From the NCBI GenBank assembly GCA_963806185.1, contig CAWDXE010000007.1, positions 1 through 64,000 on the forward strand: 64,000 nt of DNA, read 5' to 3'. Under the pieces are notes generated by a model, which did no database searches, was not told where the DNA came from, and was given only the letters and a program-made list of their open reading frames with translations. Origin of the DNA: an uncultured candidate division Zixibacteria bacterium. GTDB taxonomy: Bacteria > Zixibacteria > MSB-5A5 > GN15 > FEB-12. The first letter of the stretch is position 1, and the number at the start of each line of letters is the position of its first letter. Shown here one piece after another: positions 59,374 through 64,000 of the stretch. The position numbers were made by a program, and so were the translations under genes.

Positions 59374-61275
59374 TTACGGGCAACCGCAGGCGGATAGCGG
59401 GGCGAAGGTAATAAAGAGCGTATTGATCAGGGCGGTCAAGTCGCCGACATCCACACCGCCGACACCGTCAATGTTAGCCTCCTGCGGACAGCAAAGCGGC
59501 GTAAAAGTGATAAACAGGTTGTTGATGAGCGTGGTTAGGTCACCGATATCCACCGTCTGCGTAGCGTCGCAATCGGCATTGCCGACGTCGCCGATACAAC
59601 AGCATCCCGATTCACACTCGTCAGGAATGCCGTTAGCGTTGACGTCGAGCGAAGTACCGAAGGCAACGTCAGCGTCGTCGCGAATGCCGTTATCATTGCA
59701 GTCAGCCAGCACATTCCAGCTATAGGTCTCCTGTGGGGAAGCCAGGCGGATGAGCGGCGACGGATAGGTCACTTTCAGAGTCAGCACGCCGCTGGTTTTT
59801 CCCCGAGCCGCCATCATGTCGCCGGTAAACTGCAGGGTTGCCGCATGGGCGCCGGTTACCGCGGAGTCGCCAATAGTCCAGGAGTAAGCGGCCCCGGTGA
59901 TGGGCGACGGAATGATGCCGAACAACTTGCCGGTTGAGTTGACCAGATACGTGCCGGGGCCGCCGGAAAGCAGTACGGAGTCCGCGAAGCTGGTCAGGGC
60001 GAGATATTCCAGGACATGCTGCTCCTTGCAGATTGTGCAGAGAGGAACACTGAGCGTCTTCATGAGGCAGGTCCGCATCGGGCGGTAGATGCCGGTGGTG
60101 AGATAACGGGCTCCCTGGAAGGCGCCGACGACATTGTTGTAGGTCGAGTTGTCGGGGGTCGGCAATGGAGTCCCGGGTGCCACCCAGGCGTTCCACTTGA
60201 GCGAAGGACCGGAGAAATCGTAATCGACATTGGGCTCGCCGTCGCCCGGTGGAAATCCGGGGTAAGCGTCGGTGTATTCGTCGGCCAGGCCGCAGAATGT
60301 GTGTCCGGTCTCATGGAGGACAATCTCCGGTGCCAGCGAGTGTACCGAGGAGACGGCGATCGACCCGCCCGAGCCGCCGTAGGTGGTCGAGTTGACCATA
60401 ACGATGATGTAATCCCAGACTCCCGCACCAACGAGCGTATTGGCGGCACTGTACGCCCGGTTGTATCCTGTGCCATCGAGCGCGAGAAGGCGGGCAATGT
60501 TGTTGGTGTAGAACGATGAGTTGAGATAAGTGTCCTTGAACGTCCCCTGGGGATCGTTGTCCGACCCCTGCTGATTGCTTTCAACGTCGACGCGATAGAC
60601 GTTGGTACCGGCGAAGAGAATATCCCACGGCACCTTGCCGACGAAGGCATTGACCATTGTATTGGCTGCGGTGGTAAAGGACCCGGCGGTGAGGTTGGCC
60701 GCCGTATACCCGTCGCCCATGATCACGATTACCAAACGGTTGCCGTCGGGACCGGTGTTGCGAATTTTGGTGACGCCGACCGGTCCGGCGAGCGCGGCCG
60801 CGGCGGTAGAAATCCGTGATATCGGCAATGACTGCACCGACGGCTGAAACGCCGTGGGGAGTACCTGAGATGGCATGCCATGGTAGGCGATATCGCGACG
60901 TTCGAGTTTGAGGGTGGCGGGCTGTGCAGAGCGGTCATCCGGCCCCGCGACGCGAACGACAAAGACGCCGGATTCCGGGACGCTGGCGACGCAAGGGGTG
61001 TTGGTCTCAAATACCTGGCGGACGCCGATGGGGAGCTTGATATCTGATTGATAGAGCAGCTGACTTGCGGCATCCTGCCACTGGGCCGAGTAGGTGATTA
61101 CCGCCGGGGCTCCGGCGAGGCCGGGCGTAGACGGGGTTTTCTGCATGGGTGCAATCGGGGTGATCTCGTCGACGCGGAGGCCGGTCGGATCATAGGAGAA
61201 GGTCACCTGCCAGTAGGTTGTGGCAGAGAGGGACGACGCGAGGATAAACAGGCAAAGGAGAATTCGGACGAACAT
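59374..61275 (-). CDS. secreted M64 (IgA peptidase-like) metallopeptidase with dockerin-like C-terminus
   Basis: GDGYT, YGGSG, HETGHTFCGLADEY, GIYRP..CLM...C..C; DCN.NGI.D repeats; dockerin-like tail. Confidence 0.88.
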   Translation of the reverse strand: MFVRILLCLFILASSLSATTYWQVTFSYDPTGLRVDEITPIAPMQKTPSTPGLAGAPAVITYSAQWQDAASQLLYQSDIKLPIGVRQVFETNTPCVASVPESGVFVVRVAGPDDRSAQPATLKLERRDIAYHGMPSQVLPTAFQPSVQSLPISRISTAAAALAGPVGVTKIRNTGPDGNRLVIVIMGDGYTAANLTAGSFTTAANTMVNAFVGKVPWDILFAGTNVYRVDVESNQQGSDNDPQGTFKDTYLNSSFYTNNIARLLALDGTGYNRAYSAANTLVGAGVWDYIIVMVNSTTYGGSGGSIAVSSVHSLAPEIVLHETGHTFCGLADEYTDAYPGFPPGDGEPNVDYDFSGPSLKWNAWVAPGTPLPTPDNSTYNNVVGAFQGARYLTTGIYRPMRTCLMKTLSVPLCTICKEQHVLEYLALTSFADSVLLSGGPGTYLVNSTGKLFGIIPSPITGAAYSWTIGDSAVTGAHAATLQFTGDMMAARGKTSGVLTLKVTYPSPLIRLASPQETYSWNVLADCNDNGIRDDADVAFGTSLDVNANGIPDECESGCCCIGDVGNADCDATQTVDIGDLTTLINNLFITFTPLCCPQEANIDGVGGVDVGDLTALINTLFITFAPLSACGCP

Positions 61276-61424
61276 GTCAACCACCCCAGTTACAAGAGAC
61301 GCATATCAGGTACGCTCGGCGAGTATTGAAGGTAATATACGACAAATCCCGAATTGGTCAAGGCGGGGGATGGTGCGTCATGAGGGGCCGGTTGGCCCGT
61401 TGTCGTATCGTTTTATCGAGGCTG

Positions 61425-63083
61425 TCAGCATCCTCCGCAAATCGGCAAGGGAGTGAAGGTCATGAAAAGGTGCTCGATGAGGGCTGTTAAGTCGCCGATA
61501 TCGATGTTGCCTTGAAGGTCGCCATCGCAGTTTGCCTCACTAGGACAGGGAATAGGCTCGAAGGTGACAAACAAGTTGTTGATCAGCGCTGTGAGATCGC
61601 CGATATCGACGCCGTCATCAAAAGAGTTGTCGACGTTCCCCACGTCGCCGATGCAGCAGCCGCATGGGAACGGACGCAGATACGTGTAAAACCAGCTCGT
61701 TGCCGCAGAGAGGTTCTCTTCCAGATCTGTAAGAGTGCCGCTTCTTACGGTCGTCAACACCGACCAGCAGGTGAGTGTGTCGTCGCTTGAGAGCGTGTTG
61801 TTGAAAACGAAACTGGACACGGAAGAGAAGTCATGGATACCCGACTGGGATTGTAAACCAGGATTAGCCATCTCATTCCAATACCATGCCGCCTCGGCAT
61901 TTTCCGAGAGGGTATCGTACTTCATCACGCTGTCGGTAAACTGAATATAAGACCCGACTCCTTCATGCCGCACGACCCCTGAGCTTAAGAGACTATCAGA
62001 TACCGTATAGTAGCCGAGCATAACCTGTGCGCCGAAGCGGCCTGAATCGGGATTGCAGCCGGACACACTGCCGGAATCCAGTCCGTGCTGGTAGACGAAG
62101 CCGTCCAAGGAGACGCCGGTACGATTCAAGTTGTGGTTCGCTCCAAGATCGGACCAGATATCCCAGTCTATCGCCTGACCAATCGTCACGCCAGTAAAGG
62201 TACCGGGAGTCATTTTGAATACCTTCATCTGTTGGAATATGAAGTCGCAACTGTCGCCCCCGCCCGTTGGCGCGTAATAGTGAATATTGATCCCGATAGA
62301 GGTGTCTCTGTTGACCATTGTGCCAGTAAAGAAACTGTTGTAATACAATCCCGCAGAACTTCCAGCCGAGGTTCCGGCAATCGGTTTCCAAGCCTGGTCG
62401 GCTTCGAAGCCGTCCTGATAGAGGCCATTGGCGTATACGTAGTCGGAGCCATTCTTACGAATCACAATCGGCCCACCGTCAAACAGGTAGACGTCGGCTT
62501 CCGGATTGCACTCGCCAACCCCGGTAAAATCCATATTGACGCCCCCCTTGCCCATGCCGCCCAAATTGCCATGATTGTCGACCACGAGGCTCACTCCGCA
62601 AGTGACCAGTGTATCAAAGAACAAGCCGACTACGGTATCGGTGACCACATAGTCGATTATGTTGACATATGTCGATTCCACGGTGTTCCCGGGTGTATGC
62701 AACAGCACCCGCCCATTGAGCCACCAATTTGAGCCCGCTGTAAAATACGGTGTGGCCGTGATAGTCAGGGAGAACGAGTCTGAAGAGGTCGGCGGGATAG
62801 AGAGGGCGGTCGGCGATACCGACAGCCAGGACTCGGAAGAGTAATTGGTTTCGAGAGGCGTGATTGAGACAATCTCGAGTGCGATCGGCTCGGGGTTGGA
62901 TAGGCGTATCCAATGGGTGTTAGCGGAGCCGTAGTTTACGAATTGCGGATAGCCGAGAGTGGGGATAGGGCTGGGCCAATTTGAAGTCACGACTTCGTCG
63001 GTGGCGGTAGTGGCGGTCACGGGCCAGAGAAACAGACACAGAGCAGTCAGGAGAATTCTGGTGAATCGGTTTGTTGTTATCAT
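61425..63083 (-). CDS. secreted beta-rich protein with dockerin-like C-terminus
   Basis: Signal peptide; Ig-like segment (WLSVSP); CC..GNVD..DIGDLT x2. Confidence 0.75.
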   Translation of the reverse strand: MITTNRFTRILLTALCLFLWPVTATTATDEVVTSNWPSPIPTLGYPQFVNYGSANTHWIRLSNPEPIALEIVSITPLETNYSSESWLSVSPTALSIPPTSSDSFSLTITATPYFTAGSNWWLNGRVLLHTPGNTVESTYVNIIDYVVTDTVVGLFFDTLVTCGVSLVVDNHGNLGGMGKGGVNMDFTGVGECNPEADVYLFDGGPIVIRKNGSDYVYANGLYQDGFEADQAWKPIAGTSAGSSAGLYYNSFFTGTMVNRDTSIGINIHYYAPTGGGDSCDFIFQQMKVFKMTPGTFTGVTIGQAIDWDIWSDLGANHNLNRTGVSLDGFVYQHGLDSGSVSGCNPDSGRFGAQVMLGYYTVSDSLLSSGVVRHEGVGSYIQFTDSVMKYDTLSENAEAAWYWNEMANPGLQSQSGIHDFSSVSSFVFNNTLSSDDTLTCWSVLTTVRSGTLTDLEENLSAATSWFYTYLRPFPCGCCIGDVGNVDNSFDDGVDIGDLTALINNLFVTFEPIPCPSEANCDGDLQGNIDIGDLTALIEHLFMTFTPLPICGGC

Positions 63084-63207
63084 GACGCGCTCCGCATGCA
63101 TCGAGTTACTACAGCAATCTCATTGATAATCTACGTTCTGACCCACAATCATGCAAGACTTTCCCGGACTGTCGGGTAACGGGGATGAATTTCCTCGCCG
63201 AACGGTC

Positions 63208-63236
63208 TTGACACCCACGGAGGTCGGGGATATACT
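63208..63236 (+). promoter_or_regulatory. sigma70 promoter for bfr
   Basis: TTGACA-N17-TATACT. Confidence 0.7.
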
Positions 63237-63305
63237 GATCGTACACGGGCAGCGCGCTCCATGTTGCGCACATAGTCCGGAACTGCGAGATAAAGGAGAT
63301 GACGT

Positions 63306-63773
63306 ATGAAGGGAAACGATCACATCATAGCCACCCTCAATATTCTGCTCGCCGAAGAACTGACGGCGATCAATCAGTATATGGTTCATTCGGAGATGTG
63401 TGCCAACTGGGGGTACGAGAAACTGCACAAGAACATCGAGAAACAGGCGATCGACGAAATGAAACATGCCGAAAAGCTGATCGGGCGGATAATCTTCCTG
63501 GAGGGGATGCCGATTGTCAGCAAGCTCAATCAGATCAAGATTGCGCCGGAGATTCCGCACCAGATGGAAGACAACCGGGCCGACGAGACCGGGGCGGTGA
63601 AATCGTACAACGCGGCAATCAAGCAGGCCATGGACCTCGGTGACAATGGAACGCGCGAGATGCTGGAGTCGATTCTGAAGGATGAGGAGCGGCATCTGGA
63701 CTGGCTGGAGGCGCAGGTTGATCAGATCAAGCAGATGGGATTGCAGAATTATCTGGTCGAGCAGTTGGGGTGA
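63306..63773 (+). CDS. bfr: bacterioferritin
   Basis: MKG, ELTAINQY..H, IDEMKHA, RIIFLEG, EERH, GLQNYL. Confidence 0.95.
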   Translation: MKGNDHIIATLNILLAEELTAINQYMVHSEMCANWGYEKLHKNIEKQAIDEMKHAEKLIGRIIFLEGMPIVSKLNQIKIAPEIPHQMEDNRADETGAVKSYNAAIKQAMDLGDNGTREMLESILKDEERHLDWLEAQVDQIKQMGLQNYLVEQLG

Positions 63774-63830
63774 TGCGCACTTGCCATACCTGCGCACGCG
63801 GGTAGGTGATGGGTGATTGGACTGATCGAC

Positions 63831-64000
63831 GCACTTCGACTTCGCTCAGTGCGACGGGATGTTAGGCTCCGTGCGACGGCTGGGCGATGAGCGTCTACGG
63901 TGACTCCAAGTCATACGAAAAAAGAGCGTCAGGATCACCCGCTCAGAAGCGGGGATCCTGACCTACGAGAGGAGTTGTGTCAGGCATGGGGGCCTGACAC
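63831..64000. repeat. cluster of REP-like palindromes
   Basis: gcact..agtgc (63831-63852); gtcaggatc...gatcctgac-CTAC (63928-63966, GTAG on minus strand); gtgtcaggc..gcctgacac (63977-64000). Confidence 0.5.

Noticed and set aside
63110..63140. Fur box upstream of bfr (attgataatc)
   Set aside because: Only a half-site-like match, ~70 bp upstream of the -35; insufficient.
63120..63797. 225-aa minus-strand ORF
   Set aside because: Antisense shadow of bfr.

Overview
Most of this window (from about 2990 on) looks like a candidate-phylum Zixibacteria-type genome, inferred from five proteins ending in the Cys-rich dockerin-like 'CC..GNVDC...DIGDLT.LI.NLF' domain and a kinase-TPR protein. The first ~3 kb is a much more GC-rich, heavily frameshifted fragment (tsaE, M1 aminopeptidase) fused mid-gene into an AftA-like glycosyltransferase, probably an assembly chimera. 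A tRNA-Leu(CAG) at 4569-4652 anchors a ~32.8 kb genomic island with an exact 18-bp att repeat at 37416-37433, followed by the displaced CCA and a terminator. No integrase is visible in the island. It is divided into modules by tmRNA-3'-end fragments and a recurrent arm-site-like motif. Cargo: a CocE/NonD hydrolase; a GcdR-like LysR with a dehydrogenase/HMG-CoA-lyase-like/CoA-transferase/LeuCD operon (possibly a reversed 2-oxoacid elongation pathway); an NhaR-linked HPF/baeRF/USP/P-type ATPase stress cluster; a metal efflux/redox cluster with a two-component system; and a NikR-regulated ECF Ni/Co uptake module. The backbone after the island carries two duplicated cassettes of a secreted tail-fibre-like protein plus a small dockerin-like partner, more dockerin-like proteins, a Ser/Thr kinase, cysK-cysE, phoB-phoR-pstSCAB-phoU, a homocysteine methyltransferase, an M64 peptidase and bacterioferritin. 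All family assignments come from motif recognition only; no searches were run.
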